NCBI GenBank assembly: GCA_018606645.1
Contig: JAGVRI010000004.1
Coordinates: forward strand, 142,625 to 206,624
Direction of reading: 5' to 3'
Origin: Chloroflexota bacterium
GTDB taxonomy: Bacteria > Chloroflexota > Anaerolineae > JAAYZQ01
Length of the DNA: 64,000 nt
Shown: piece after piece, positions 23,701 through 32,939 of the stretch
Numbering within the stretch: position 1 is the stretch's first letter
Layout: each line of letters starts with the position of its first letter
Notes under the pieces: generated by a model
Seen by the model: the letters and a program-made list of their open reading frames with translations, nothing else
What the model was told of the DNA's origin: nothing
Database searches by the model: none
Program-made: the position numbers and the translations under genes

Positions 23701-24801
23701 ATGGCTGAAACAGGCACACGAGTGCAGGCAGACGTGCTGAAGGACTTTTGCCGACGGGTATTCGAGAAGATGGGAGTGGCGCCGGACGATGCCGCGATCA
23801 CCGCCGATGTGCTGGTTCAGGCCGACCTGCGCGGAATTGACTCTCACGGCGTGGCTCGTCTGGGGCGCTATGTGAACGGTCTGCGGGATGGGATCATCGT
23901 CGCCCGTCCGGAGGAAAAGGTCGTGACCGAAACCCCCACCACGGTGACCCTCGATGCCGGGGCGGGTCTGGGACAACCTGTCGGCTATCGGGCGATGAAA
24001 AAGGCGATGGAGAAGGCGCGGCAGTACGGGTGTGGCTTTGCCGCGGTGCGCAACAGCAACCACTATGGCATCGCCGGCTACTATGCGATGATGGCTTTGG
24101 AGCAGGACATGATCGGCTTTTCCACGACCAACGCTGATGTGCTGGTGGTGCCGACCTTTGGCCGTGATGCGATGTATGGCACCAATCCCCTGGCCCTGGC
24201 CGTGCCCGCCGGTCAGGAACGGCCCTTTGTCCTCGATATGGCCACCAGCACCGTCCCGCGCGGCAAGCTGGAAGTCTATCACCGTCTCGAAAAACCGATC
24301 CCATTGGGCTGGGCCACCGATGAACGGGGCATCCCTACCACCGACCCCGGTCGGGTCCTGGATAACTTTGCCAAGCGGGCCGGCGGTGGGCTGCTTCCGC
24401 TGGGAGGGGCCGGGGAGGAGTTCAGCGGCTACAAGGGCTATGGCCTGGGGTTGCTGGTCGAGATCCTATCGGCAGTGGTGCCGGGGGCAGCTTACCTCAC
24501 CTCGGTCTATCCCAAGAGCCCGGAGGGGAAGCCCCTCCCGGCCAACCTGGGCCACTTTTTCGGAGCCTGGCGGCTGGATGCCTTTCGCCCGGTGGAGGAG
24601 TTCAAAGCCGACATGGACGACCTGATCCGCCGTCTCAAGGGGGGCCGCCTGGCCGAAGGAGCGACCCGCATCTATATCCACGGCGAAAAGGAATTTGAGG
24701 AGGCGGAGCGCCGCTCCCAGGCCGGCATTCCCCTGGGAGCCAAGGTGGTGGCGAACCTCCAGCAGATTGCCGCCGAGTTGGGACTCCCGTCCCCGTTGTA
24801 A
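23701..24801 (+). CDS. Type 2 malate/L-lactate dehydrogenase (Ldh_2 family)
   Basis: DLRGIDSHG, RNSNHYG, GTNPLA, LDMATS and YKGYGL. Confidence 0.92.
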   Translation: MAETGTRVQADVLKDFCRRVFEKMGVAPDDAAITADVLVQADLRGIDSHGVARLGRYVNGLRDGIIVARPEEKVVTETPTTVTLDAGAGLGQPVGYRAMKKAMEKARQYGCGFAAVRNSNHYGIAGYYAMMALEQDMIGFSTTNADVLVVPTFGRDAMYGTNPLALAVPAGQERPFVLDMATSTVPRGKLEVYHRLEKPIPLGWATDERGIPTTDPGRVLDNFAKRAGGGLLPLGGAGEEFSGYKGYGLGLLVEILSAVVPGAAYLTSVYPKSPEGKPLPANLGHFFGAWRLDAFRPVEEFKADMDDLIRRLKGGRLAEGATRIYIHGEKEFEEAERRSQAGIPLGAKVVANLQQIAAELGLPSPL

Positions 24802-24840
24802 CGGAACAAGTTCGGATTCTCTTTTGACAGCGGAGGAGAT

Positions 24841-26403
24841 ATGGCACGACTGCACGAATATCAGGGGAAGGAACTGCTCAAACAGTTCAAAATCCCGGTC
24901 CCCAAGGGAGGGGTGGCGCGAACTCCGGAGGAGGCGCGCCGCATCGCCGAAGAGATCGGCGGGGAAGTGATGGTCAAGGCCCAGGCCTGGGTCACCGGAC
25001 GGGCCGGCCTGGGAGGGATCAAGAAGGCCAGCAATCCCGACCAGGCCGAAGAAGCGGCTCGTTCGATGCTGGGGATGCGCATCAAGAACTTTACTGTGGA
25101 ACAGGTCCTGGTCGAGCAGCGGCTGGAGATCGCGCGCGAGTTCTATGCCGGGGTGATCATTGACGACGCCGCCCAGCAGCCGCTGGTCCTCTTTTCCAGC
25201 GTGGGCGGCACCGGCATCGAAGAGATCGCCGCCGCCCACCCCGACAAGGTGGCCCGAATGCATGTAGATGTAGGCACCGGGCTGCTCGAGTTCCAGGCCC
25301 GCGACCTGGTGCGCCGGACCGGCATCAGCGGTCAATTGCAGGTGGACCTGGGCAACGTCCTGGTCGGTCTCTTTTCCCTGGCCCAGCAGTACGAGGCCCG
25401 CGCCGCCGAGATCAACCCGCTGGTCCAGTTGACGGATGGCAAGCTGATGGCCGCCGACTGCCGGGTCACCGTGGACGACTATGCCGTCTTTCGCCACAAG
25501 GAGCTGGGGATCGAGATCGCTCGCGAGTATGACCGCCCGCCCACCGAACTGGAAAAGATCGCCTATCAGGTGGAGGCGGGGGACTATCGGGGCACTTTTT
25601 ACTTTATCCAGATGGCGGAAGGGTTCCGGCGGGGCGAAGGCTACGTGGGGTTCCATGGCGCCGGCGGAGGCGGCTCGATGATGAGCATGGACGCCATCAT
25701 GCGCCAGGGCTACAAGCTCGCCACCTTTGTGGACACCAGCGGCAACCCGCCGGCCAGCAAGGTCTACCGCGCGGCCAAGATCGTCCTGGCGGTGGGCCCC
25801 ATTGATGGCTACTTTGGCTCCGGCTCGGGCGTGGCCAGCCAGGAACAGTTCCATTCGGCGCGCGGCTTTGTGAAGGCCTTCCTGGAGGCGCAGATGGATG
25901 TGCCGGTGGTCATCCGTCTGGGCGGTAACGCCGAAGACAAGGCAGTGGAAATCCTGGAATGGTTGAACGGCTGGATCCCGGCGCCGGTCGAGGGCTACAA
26001 GAAGGACAACCCACCCGACTATTGTGCGGCGCGGTTGCACGCCCTCATCCAGGAAGGGAAGCGGGTGGAACCCAAACCGCGTCCCACGCCGCCACGGAAG
26101 GGGGAACCCCGCCTCTACCAGTTTGAGACGGTGACCGGGGGCACGGTCACCTATGACCACAGCGTCTGCGTGCTGTGCGAAAGCAAGGTGTGTGTCAAGG
26201 AGTGCGTGCCCAAGATCCTGTCCCTCAACGAAGAAGGCGTGCCGGTCCTCAACATCAGCCCCGAAGAGGCCAAGCGGGGCCGCTGCACTGAGTGCCTGGC
26301 CTGTGAGGTGGATTGCTTCTTCCGGGGGGCGGGCGGCGGCCAGGTCTTCTTACCCATCCCTGGACTGGACGAGTATTTGGCCCGGCAACAATCGGAGCGT
26401 TGA
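24841..26403 (+). CDS. ATP-grasp CoA ligase beta subunit (SucC / citryl-CoA synthetase-like) with C-terminal ferredoxin-like domain
   Basis: LHEYQGKELL, KAQ...GRAGLGGI, EINPL, GAGGGGS, TSGNP; C-terminal CVLCESKVCVKEC and CTECLACEVDC. Confidence 0.85.
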   Translation: MARLHEYQGKELLKQFKIPVPKGGVARTPEEARRIAEEIGGEVMVKAQAWVTGRAGLGGIKKASNPDQAEEAARSMLGMRIKNFTVEQVLVEQRLEIAREFYAGVIIDDAAQQPLVLFSSVGGTGIEEIAAAHPDKVARMHVDVGTGLLEFQARDLVRRTGISGQLQVDLGNVLVGLFSLAQQYEARAAEINPLVQLTDGKLMAADCRVTVDDYAVFRHKELGIEIAREYDRPPTELEKIAYQVEAGDYRGTFYFIQMAEGFRRGEGYVGFHGAGGGGSMMSMDAIMRQGYKLATFVDTSGNPPASKVYRAAKIVLAVGPIDGYFGSGSGVASQEQFHSARGFVKAFLEAQMDVPVVIRLGGNAEDKAVEILEWLNGWIPAPVEGYKKDNPPDYCAARLHALIQEGKRVEPKPRPTPPRKGEPRLYQFETVTGGTVTYDHSVCVLCESKVCVKECVPKILSLNEEGVPVLNISPEEAKRGRCTECLACEVDCFFRGAGGGQVFLPIPGLDEYLARQQSER

Positions 26404-26455
26404 CGCACGATTGGTGGATAGGCTGCCGAGCCGTGCGTCCGAGAATGGAGGGAAA

Positions 26456-26731
26456 GTGAAGCGTTTCTGGATGGTTAGTTTGTTCGTGGGTATATTGCTT
26501 CTGGTGGCCTGCAAGGGAACCCAGCCCACCCCGACTACCACTCCCTTTGAATCTCCGCTGGGCCTGCCCAATCCGGCCTCCCAGCATTGTGAGCAGCAGG
26601 GATATCAGTGGGAAGTGCGGACCGCGGCCGACGGAAGTCAGACCGGCTATTGTCTCTTTCCCGATGGCACCGAGTGCGAGGAGTGGTCGTTCTACCGTGG
26701 CGAGTGCGCCCCCGGCACCCCCAGGCCGTAG
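26456..26731 (+). CDS. DUF333-type lipoprotein
   Basis: Lipobox LVAC; LPNPASQHC...GYCLFPDGTECEEWSFYRGEC. Confidence 0.85.
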   Translation: MKRFWMVSLFVGILLLVACKGTQPTPTTTPFESPLGLPNPASQHCEQQGYQWEVRTAADGSQTGYCLFPDGTECEEWSFYRGECAPGTPRP

Positions 26732-26784
26732 GGAAAGAGGTTTTCAGGGTTTCGAACTGGAAAACTGCAAGCGAGGAATGGAGT

Positions 26785-27690
26785 ATGGCCATCCTAATTG
26801 ACGAAACGAAACGGGTTCTGGTGCAGGGCATCACCGGGCGCGAGGGTATGGCCCGTACCAAGCTGATGCGTGAATATGGCACCAATGTCGTGGCCGGCGT
26901 GACGCCGGGCAAGGGCAATCAAGAGGTCGAAGGAGTGCCGGTGTTTGACACCGTGCAGGAGGCGTGGGAGAAAGTCGGACCGATCGACATCTCGGTCCTG
27001 TTCATCCCGGCGCCGATCGTCAAACCGGCGGCGCTGGAGGCGATCGCCGCCGGCGTCAAACTATTGGTCATCGTCCCTGACCGCGTGCCGATCTGGGATG
27101 TGCTGGTCATTGCCAAAGCGGCCAAGGAGGCGGGGGCCCGCTTTGTCGGGCCGAACACGCTGGGGGTGCTCAGCCCCGACAAAGGGGTCCTGGGCATGAT
27201 CGGCGGGCGGGCGGCGTCGGCCAAAGCCTGGTTCCGCCCGGGACCGGTCGGCATCACCTCCCGGAGCGGCGGGATGACCTCCAGCATGGCCTATTATCTC
27301 GGCCAGGAGGGGATCGGCGCCACCACCCTGGTCCATGTCGGCGGCGATGCGGTCGTCGGCCTGCCCCATCCGGAGGTGGTCCGGCTCTTCCAACAGGACC
27401 CCGAGACCAAGGCAATCGTGATGTTCGGTGAGATCGGCGGCACCCAGGAAGAGCGGGTGGCCGACCTGATCGAATCGGGCGAAGTGACCAAGCCGGTGAT
27501 CGCCTATATCGGCGGCAAAGCGGCCAAAAGCGGCACCCGCTTCAGCCACGCCGGAGCGATCATCGAAGGGGGGCGCGGCACCTATGAGGGCAAGGTGGAC
27601 CGCCTGCGCTCGGTCGGGGCGACGGTGGTCGAAGCGTTTGGCGATCTGCCGGCGGCGACAAAAGAAGTGCTGGGCCGGCTCGGTCTATAG
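26785..27690 (+). CDS. CoA ligase alpha subunit (SucD / citryl-CoA synthetase small subunit-like)
   Basis: VQGITGREG, GPNTLG, SRSGG, GEIGG; phospho-His motif FSHAGA. Confidence 0.9.
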   Translation: MAILIDETKRVLVQGITGREGMARTKLMREYGTNVVAGVTPGKGNQEVEGVPVFDTVQEAWEKVGPIDISVLFIPAPIVKPAALEAIAAGVKLLVIVPDRVPIWDVLVIAKAAKEAGARFVGPNTLGVLSPDKGVLGMIGGRAASAKAWFRPGPVGITSRSGGMTSSMAYYLGQEGIGATTLVHVGGDAVVGLPHPEVVRLFQQDPETKAIVMFGEIGGTQEERVADLIESGEVTKPVIAYIGGKAAKSGTRFSHAGAIIEGGRGTYEGKVDRLRSVGATVVEAFGDLPAATKEVLGRLGL

Positions 27691-27711
27691 CAATCCAGTG
27701 GGGGAGGAAAT

Positions 27712-28500
27712 ATGGCAGAAGAAACCTGGAAAACGGCAATCACCAAGATCGAACCAAACAAGGTGGCGGTGCGGGGTTACCGGATTGATGAGCTGATGGG
27801 GCGCATCTCCTTCGGGGAGATGGTCTACCTGGTGCTGAAGGGCGAATTGCCCACCCCGGCGGTGGGCCGGCTGGTGGATGCCATGCTGGTCTCGTCGGTC
27901 GACCACGGCGTCACCCCGCCCAGCGCGCTGGCGGCGCGGACCATCGCCTCCGGCGGCGCTCCGCTGACGACCGCCATCGCCGGCGGGATCATGGCCATTA
28001 ATCGCCATCATGGCGGTGCCATTGAGGATTGCATGAAGATCCTGCTCGACGCGGTCGCCTACAAGCGCGAAAAGGGCCTCGACGCCCTGACCGCCGCTCG
28101 GGAAAAGATGGCCGAATTCCGCGCCAAAAAGATCCGGGTGCCCGGCTACGGCCACCGCATTCACACCGACGATCCGCGCACCAAGCGGCTGTTCGCTCTG
28201 GCGGAGGAAGCCGGCGTGGCCGGGGAATATATCGAGATGGGCCAGGCGCTGCGCCAGGCGATGCACGAAAGCCTCGGCAAGGATCTGCCGATGAACGTGG
28301 ATGGGGCCATCGCCGCGGTGCTGTGTGAACTGGGCTTCCCCCCGGAGCTGGGCAACGGCTTTTTCGCCATCAGCCGGGCGGTGGGCCTGACCGCTCAGGT
28401 GTATGAGGAGATGACCCGCGAACGGCCCATGCGCCAGATTGACCCGAAGGCGCACGAGTACGACGGGCCGCCGGAGCGGAGTCTGGAAGCCAGGAATTAG
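27712..28500 (+). CDS. Citryl-CoA lyase (citrate synthase fold)
   Basis: WKTAIT, DHG...PS, HGGA, PGYGHR...DPR and NVDGAIA; 262 aa. Confidence 0.88.
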   Translation: MAEETWKTAITKIEPNKVAVRGYRIDELMGRISFGEMVYLVLKGELPTPAVGRLVDAMLVSSVDHGVTPPSALAARTIASGGAPLTTAIAGGIMAINRHHGGAIEDCMKILLDAVAYKREKGLDALTAAREKMAEFRAKKIRVPGYGHRIHTDDPRTKRLFALAEEAGVAGEYIEMGQALRQAMHESLGKDLPMNVDGAIAAVLCELGFPPELGNGFFAISRAVGLTAQVYEEMTRERPMRQIDPKAHEYDGPPERSLEARN

Positions 28501-28514
28501 ATCAGGAGGGAACG

Positions 28515-29087
28515 ATGCGCGAGAGATTGCTGGAGATCCTGCCCGAGTTTAATCTAATCCAGGACCCGGAGCTGCGGGAAAAGACGATCCGGGTGTGGGA
28601 GGTGGCTCTGGAACGGGGCGGATGGACGCCCGATGGCCTGCTCCAGATGCCGTTTACATTGCTGATCAACCCCTGTCCGGCCAGCTTTATTGAGCATGTC
28701 CGGGCGGTGACCCTCACCGCCTACCGCTCGGCTCAGCTCTTTGGCGAGATCTATGGCGACCGGGTGCCGATCAACATGGACTATCTGGTCGCGGGTGGGT
28801 TGCTCCACGACATCGGCAAGTTGCTGGAATACGAGGGCCGCGAAGACGGCGTGGCCGTCCAGACCGCCTATGGAGCGCTGATCCGCCATCCGTTCAGCGG
28901 AGCGGCTCTGGCCTACGAGTTCGGCCTGCCGATGGAGGTCCAGCACATGATCGCCGCCCATGCCGGGGAAGGCGACAAGCTGAAACGGTCGCCCGAGGCG
29001 ACGATCATCAACAAGGCCGACTTTATGAGCTTTGAGGTCCTGCGCGACCTGCAGATCAAGAAAGAGCCATCGGCCAAGCTCGGTTAG
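28515..29087 (+). CDS. HD-domain (HDIG) phosphohydrolase
   Basis: EH, LLHDIGK, RHPFSG, AH and AD motifs. Confidence 0.85.
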   Translation: MRERLLEILPEFNLIQDPELREKTIRVWEVALERGGWTPDGLLQMPFTLLINPCPASFIEHVRAVTLTAYRSAQLFGEIYGDRVPINMDYLVAGGLLHDIGKLLEYEGREDGVAVQTAYGALIRHPFSGAALAYEFGLPMEVQHMIAAHAGEGDKLKRSPEATIINKADFMSFEVLRDLQIKKEPSAKLG

Positions 29088-29115
29088 AAGGGACCGCTAG
29101 ACTGAGAGGGAGAGG

Positions 29116-30363
29116 ATGGGCAAGACAATCATTGAAAAGATCATCCAGGCCCACTCCGACGAGCCGGTAGAGGCGGGCAAGATCGTGTGGATGCGGCTGG
29201 ATGCGCGGACCGCTCGCGACTTTGGCGGCGCCAACGTGGTCAAGAACTATCGCGCGCACTATGGCGATACCCCGGTGGATGATCCAAGCAAGACCTTTTT
29301 CACGTTCGATCTCGTCACACCGGCCAACAACATCCCCTACGCCATCAACCAACAACTCTGCCGGGACTGGGCCAAAACCCAGGGAGTGCGCGTCTTTGAC
29401 GTGGACATGGGCATCGGCTCCCACGTGGCCATCGAGCATGGGCTGGCCTGGCCGGGCTCGACCTTTGTCGGGACCGACAGCCATCTCAACATCCTGGGAG
29501 CGATCGGCGCCTTTGGTCAGGGAATGGGGGACCAGGATATCGCCTTTACCTTCCGCGCCGGCAAGACCTGGTTTGAGGTGCCCTATACCATGAAGGTGGT
29601 GATCAAGGGGGAGCTGAAGCCCCCCTGCACCCCGAAGGACCTGACTCTGGCCTGCTTGCGCCGGCTGGGGGCCAGCGGCGCCCTGGGCCAGGCGGTCGAG
29701 TTCTACGGCCCGGCCATCGACGCCCTCGACCTGGCGGGGCGCATCACCCTGGCCAGCATGATGACCGAGATGGGCGGGATCATTGGGCTCATCCCGCCCT
29801 CGGACGAGGTGTTGGCCTACTGCCGCCAGCGGACCGGCCGCTCGGACTTGGCTGCGATCCACGCCGACCCGGATGTGCGGTACACCCAGGAGATCGAGAT
29901 CGATATCACCGACCTGGAACCGCTGATCGCCTGTCCGCCCAAACCGGACAATGTCAAGACGGTGCGCGAGGTGGCCGGAGCCAAGGTGGATTCGGTGTTC
30001 ATCGGTTCCTGCACCAACGGGCGCTATGAGGACATGAAGGCGGTGGCCGATCTGGTGCGCGGCAAGCGGATCGCGCCCGGGGTGGTCGCCTCGGTCGTGC
30101 CGGCGACCCGTGAGGTCTATGCCCAGATGCTGCAGACCGGCGTCCTCCAGACGCTGTTCGACGCCGGGTTCATCATCAGCAACCCGGGCTGTGGCGGGTG
30201 CGCCTCTGGCCACATTGGCATGGTCGGGGAGCGGGAAGTGCAGGTCTCGACCAGCAACCGCAACTTTGCCGGAAAGCAGGGGCCGGGCGACATCTACCTG
30301 GCCAGCCCGGTCGTCGCCGCCTGGGCGGCGCTCACCGGCAAGATCACCGTCCCCGAAGCCTAA
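29116..30363 (+). CDS. Aconitase-superfamily hydro-lyase large subunit (LeuC/homoaconitase-like)
   Basis: GTDSH, FIGSCTNG, NPGCGGC, STSNRNFAG and YLASP. Confidence 0.9.
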   Translation: MGKTIIEKIIQAHSDEPVEAGKIVWMRLDARTARDFGGANVVKNYRAHYGDTPVDDPSKTFFTFDLVTPANNIPYAINQQLCRDWAKTQGVRVFDVDMGIGSHVAIEHGLAWPGSTFVGTDSHLNILGAIGAFGQGMGDQDIAFTFRAGKTWFEVPYTMKVVIKGELKPPCTPKDLTLACLRRLGASGALGQAVEFYGPAIDALDLAGRITLASMMTEMGGIIGLIPPSDEVLAYCRQRTGRSDLAAIHADPDVRYTQEIEIDITDLEPLIACPPKPDNVKTVREVAGAKVDSVFIGSCTNGRYEDMKAVADLVRGKRIAPGVVASVVPATREVYAQMLQTGVLQTLFDAGFIISNPGCGGCASGHIGMVGEREVQVSTSNRNFAGKQGPGDIYLASPVVAAWAALTGKITVPEA

Positions 30364-30399
30364 CAGCCCGATGACCCGAAACCGACTGAGGAGGTAGGC

Positions 30400-30936
30400 A
30401 TGAAACCGACCAAGATCCGTGGCCGCATCTGGGTGCTGACCACGCCGGACGGCAGGCTGTACAACGATATTGACACCGACATGATCTTCCATAACCGCTA
30501 CCTGCACATCACCGACGTGGCGCAAATGGGCCAGTATGCGCTCGATAACCTGAAGGGCTGGGAGGATTTTGCCAAAAAGGCCCAGCCGGGTGACATCCTG
30601 CTCGCCGGCGTGAACTTTGGAGCCGGTTCCAGCCGCCAGCAGGCGGTGGACTGCTTCCGGGCGCTGGGCATCGGCGCGGTGATCGCCGAAAGTTTTGGCG
30701 CCATCTACAAGCGCAACGCCATCAACAGCGGCTTCCCGATCATCACCATGCCTGGCCTGAGCCAGCTCTACACCCAGTTCAAAAACGGCGATATCCTGGA
30801 GGTGGACCTGGAGACCGGACAGATTGTCCTGAACGGGGAGAAGACGTTCCAGGCGGAGCCGTTCTCCAGGGTGCAGATGGACATCTACCAGGCCGGCGAT
30901 CTGTTCACCTACGGCAAGACCCTGGGCCAGAAGTAG
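30400..30936 (+). CDS. Aconitase-superfamily small subunit (LeuD-like)
   Basis: DIDTD, NFGAGSSRQ and SFGAIYKRNAINSG. Confidence 0.9.
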   Translation: MKPTKIRGRIWVLTTPDGRLYNDIDTDMIFHNRYLHITDVAQMGQYALDNLKGWEDFAKKAQPGDILLAGVNFGAGSSRQQAVDCFRALGIGAVIAESFGAIYKRNAINSGFPIITMPGLSQLYTQFKNGDILEVDLETGQIVLNGEKTFQAEPFSRVQMDIYQAGDLFTYGKTLGQK

Positions 30937-30951
30937 TTCCCCTCCGCATGG

Positions 30952-30986
30952 CACCCTCCCGCAGGTCCGGAACCTGCGGGAGGGTG
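30952..30986 (+). terminator. Strong hairpin after the metabolic operon
   Basis: caccctcccgcaggt-ccgga-acctgcgggagggtg. Confidence 0.65.
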
Positions 30987-31003
30987 GAACCTTATTCCCG
31001 GTT

Positions 31004-31032
31004 TTGACCATTTTCCCGCCTTGTGCTAGAAT
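31004..31032 (+). promoter_or_regulatory. sigma70 promoter of the tRNA pair
   Basis: TTGACC-N17-TAGAAT with extended TG. Confidence 0.75.
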
Positions 31033-31048
31033 AGCCCTGCCTGGATGA

Positions 31049-31119
31049 TCGGGGGTCGTCTAATGGCAGGACAAGGGACTTTGGATCCCTCTATTGAGGT
31101 TCGAATCCTCACCCCCGAG
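31049..31119 (+). tRNA. tRNA-Gln(TTG)
   Basis: Acceptor tcggggg/cccccga; anticodon arm aggga-ctTTGga-tccct; GGTTCGAATCC. Confidence 0.93.
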
Positions 31120-31125
31120 CCTGTT

Positions 31126-31197
31126 GGGCCCTTAGCTCAGCGGCAGAGCGGCCGGCTCATAACCGGTTGGTCGCAGGTTCGAATCCTGCAGGGCCCA
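31126..31197 (+). tRNA. tRNA with CAT anticodon, most likely tRNA-Ile2
   Basis: Acceptor gggccct/agggccc; ccgg-ctCATaa-ccgg; paired position 1:72 and no initiator GGG/CCC stem. Confidence 0.88.
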
Positions 31198-31255
31198 TGG
31201 AGAAGTGAGGCCATGGCCTGGCCCTTGCAGGGGAAGCAGGAGGAAAGGTCAGGAG

Positions 31256-31759
31256 ATGCACTCCGTATTGGTGTTGAACGCGACCTACGAACCCCTCAAT
31301 GTCGTTTCGGTCCGCCGCGCCGTGCTGCTCCTCCTCAAAGAAAAGGCCGAAGTGGTCGAAGCGGCCGACGCCTGGCTGCGTTCCGAGGGAATGGTCCTGC
31401 CCGTACCCCTCGTCATCCGCCTGGTCTATTACGTGCGCATCCCCAGGCATTTCTCGTTGCCCGTGTCGCGGCGGACGGTGATGGCTCGCGACCACTACAC
31501 CTGCCAGTACTGCCAGTCCCAACCCGGCAAGGCCTATCTGACGATTGACCATGTGGTGCCCCGGTCGCGGGGCGGCGCCACCCAGTGGGAGAATGTCGTC
31601 ACCGCATGTGGCATCTGCAACCGGCGCAAGGGCGACCGCACCCCCGAAGAAGCCGGGATGTCACTGGTCCGCCCGCCGCGCCGTCCTCGGTATCTGGCCC
31701 TGACGTTGCTCGAAGGCTCCAGCGCGCCCGAGGCCTGGAACAAGTATATGTATTTCTAG
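31256..31759 (+). CDS. HNH endonuclease (McrA-like)
   Basis: VLVLNATYEPL, RDHYTCQYC, TIDHVVPRSRGG and NVVTACGICNRRK. Confidence 0.92.
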   Translation: MHSVLVLNATYEPLNVVSVRRAVLLLLKEKAEVVEAADAWLRSEGMVLPVPLVIRLVYYVRIPRHFSLPVSRRTVMARDHYTCQYCQSQPGKAYLTIDHVVPRSRGGATQWENVVTACGICNRRKGDRTPEEAGMSLVRPPRRPRYLALTLLEGSSAPEAWNKYMYF

Positions 31760-31782
31760 GGGTCCCGAACCCGGAACCGGGG

Positions 31783-32805
31783 TCAGGGAGACCAGGTGCA
31801 AAACTCATCGCTGGCCGGGTGATCGGTCAGGTTCTGCCACTGGCCGGTCTCCAGGTCCACCACATACAGGTCCTTGTTTCCCGTCCGATCGCTATAGAGC
31901 ACCACCCTCCGGCCATCCGGCGACCAGGAGGCCAGCCCTTCGGTGCTATCCGGAGAACGGGAGAGGTTGATCGGATCGGAACCGTCGGCGTTCATGACAT
32001 AGATCTCCTGGTTGCCGTCGCGGTTGGTGTTGAAGGTCAGCCGCTGGCCATCGTGCGACCACATCGGATAGCGGTCCCGCGCCGGCGACTGGGTCAGGTT
32101 CACCGGATTCGAGCCATCGGCGTTCATCACCCAGATATCCTCGTTCCCGCTACGTTGCGAGGTAAAGGCGATCCGTTTTCCGTCGGGAGACCAGGCCGGA
32201 TAGCGATCGGCGCCGGGATGGCGGGTGAGGTTGGTCAGCCCCGTCCCATCCACCTGGATCACCCAGATGTCCCAATCTCCGCCGCGATTGCTGTGAAAGG
32301 CCAGGCGCTGGCCGTCCGGCGACCAGGTGGGCCAGCCGTCGCGGCTCTGCCCGTCGGTCACGCGATGGACCGGCTCCGGGCTGGTCCCGGTGAGCGGGTC
32401 AAAGGGCAGGATATAGAGGGAGCTGCTCTTCTCCAGACTCGCCTTGCCGGTCAGCGTGTCCCGGAAGGAGACAAAGGCGATGCGGTGACCATCTGGCGCC
32501 CAGACCGGGGCGAGATCGTCGGCCCAGCTCCGGGTCAGATTGGTGAGGCGGGACCCGTCCGGGGTGATGACATAGACCTCGTAATCGCCCAGGTCGCCCC
32601 GCCGCGTCTCGAAGGCGATCCACTCCGGGCGCAAGCCGGGGACCGGAGAGGGGACCGGCGGTTCGGTCATCGGCATGGGAGAGGGGGGCAGGGGTTTGAC
32701 CAGCCGGGCGACGCCTGGGACCTGAAGGGCCGCCCACCCGACCCCAAAGGTCAGGAGGATGATCGCTGCCCCGATGATCCCCACCCATATCGCCCGTGTT
32801 CGCAT
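31783..32805 (-). CDS. Membrane-anchored TolB-like PD40 beta-propeller protein
   Basis: N-terminal TM; repeated P.WSPDG..IAF motifs. Confidence 0.88.
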   Translation of the reverse strand: MRTRAIWVGIIGAAIILLTFGVGWAALQVPGVARLVKPLPPSPMPMTEPPVPSPVPGLRPEWIAFETRRGDLGDYEVYVITPDGSRLTNLTRSWADDLAPVWAPDGHRIAFVSFRDTLTGKASLEKSSSLYILPFDPLTGTSPEPVHRVTDGQSRDGWPTWSPDGQRLAFHSNRGGDWDIWVIQVDGTGLTNLTRHPGADRYPAWSPDGKRIAFTSQRSGNEDIWVMNADGSNPVNLTQSPARDRYPMWSHDGQRLTFNTNRDGNQEIYVMNADGSDPINLSRSPDSTEGLASWSPDGRRVVLYSDRTGNKDLYVVDLETGQWQNLTDHPASDEFCTWSP

Positions 32806-32939
32806 CCTGCCCGTCCGTCGCTTTCTGAGATCCTCTCTTGGCGCTGCCCCGGTGATACCGGTTTGATTGTACCACTGAACGAGGGTCCGGACAAACGGGG
32901 TCCGGGCCAGCGCCTGGTGGCGGAGGTCCAAGGGCGGCT

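Noticed and set aside
29056-31011. Long antisense or alternate-frame ORFs (also 24466..26160, 31585..32955, 53639..54886, 56607..58142, 61402..63300)
   Set aside because: Shadows of well-supported genes on the opposite strand, caused by high-GC codon bias; no independent motifs.
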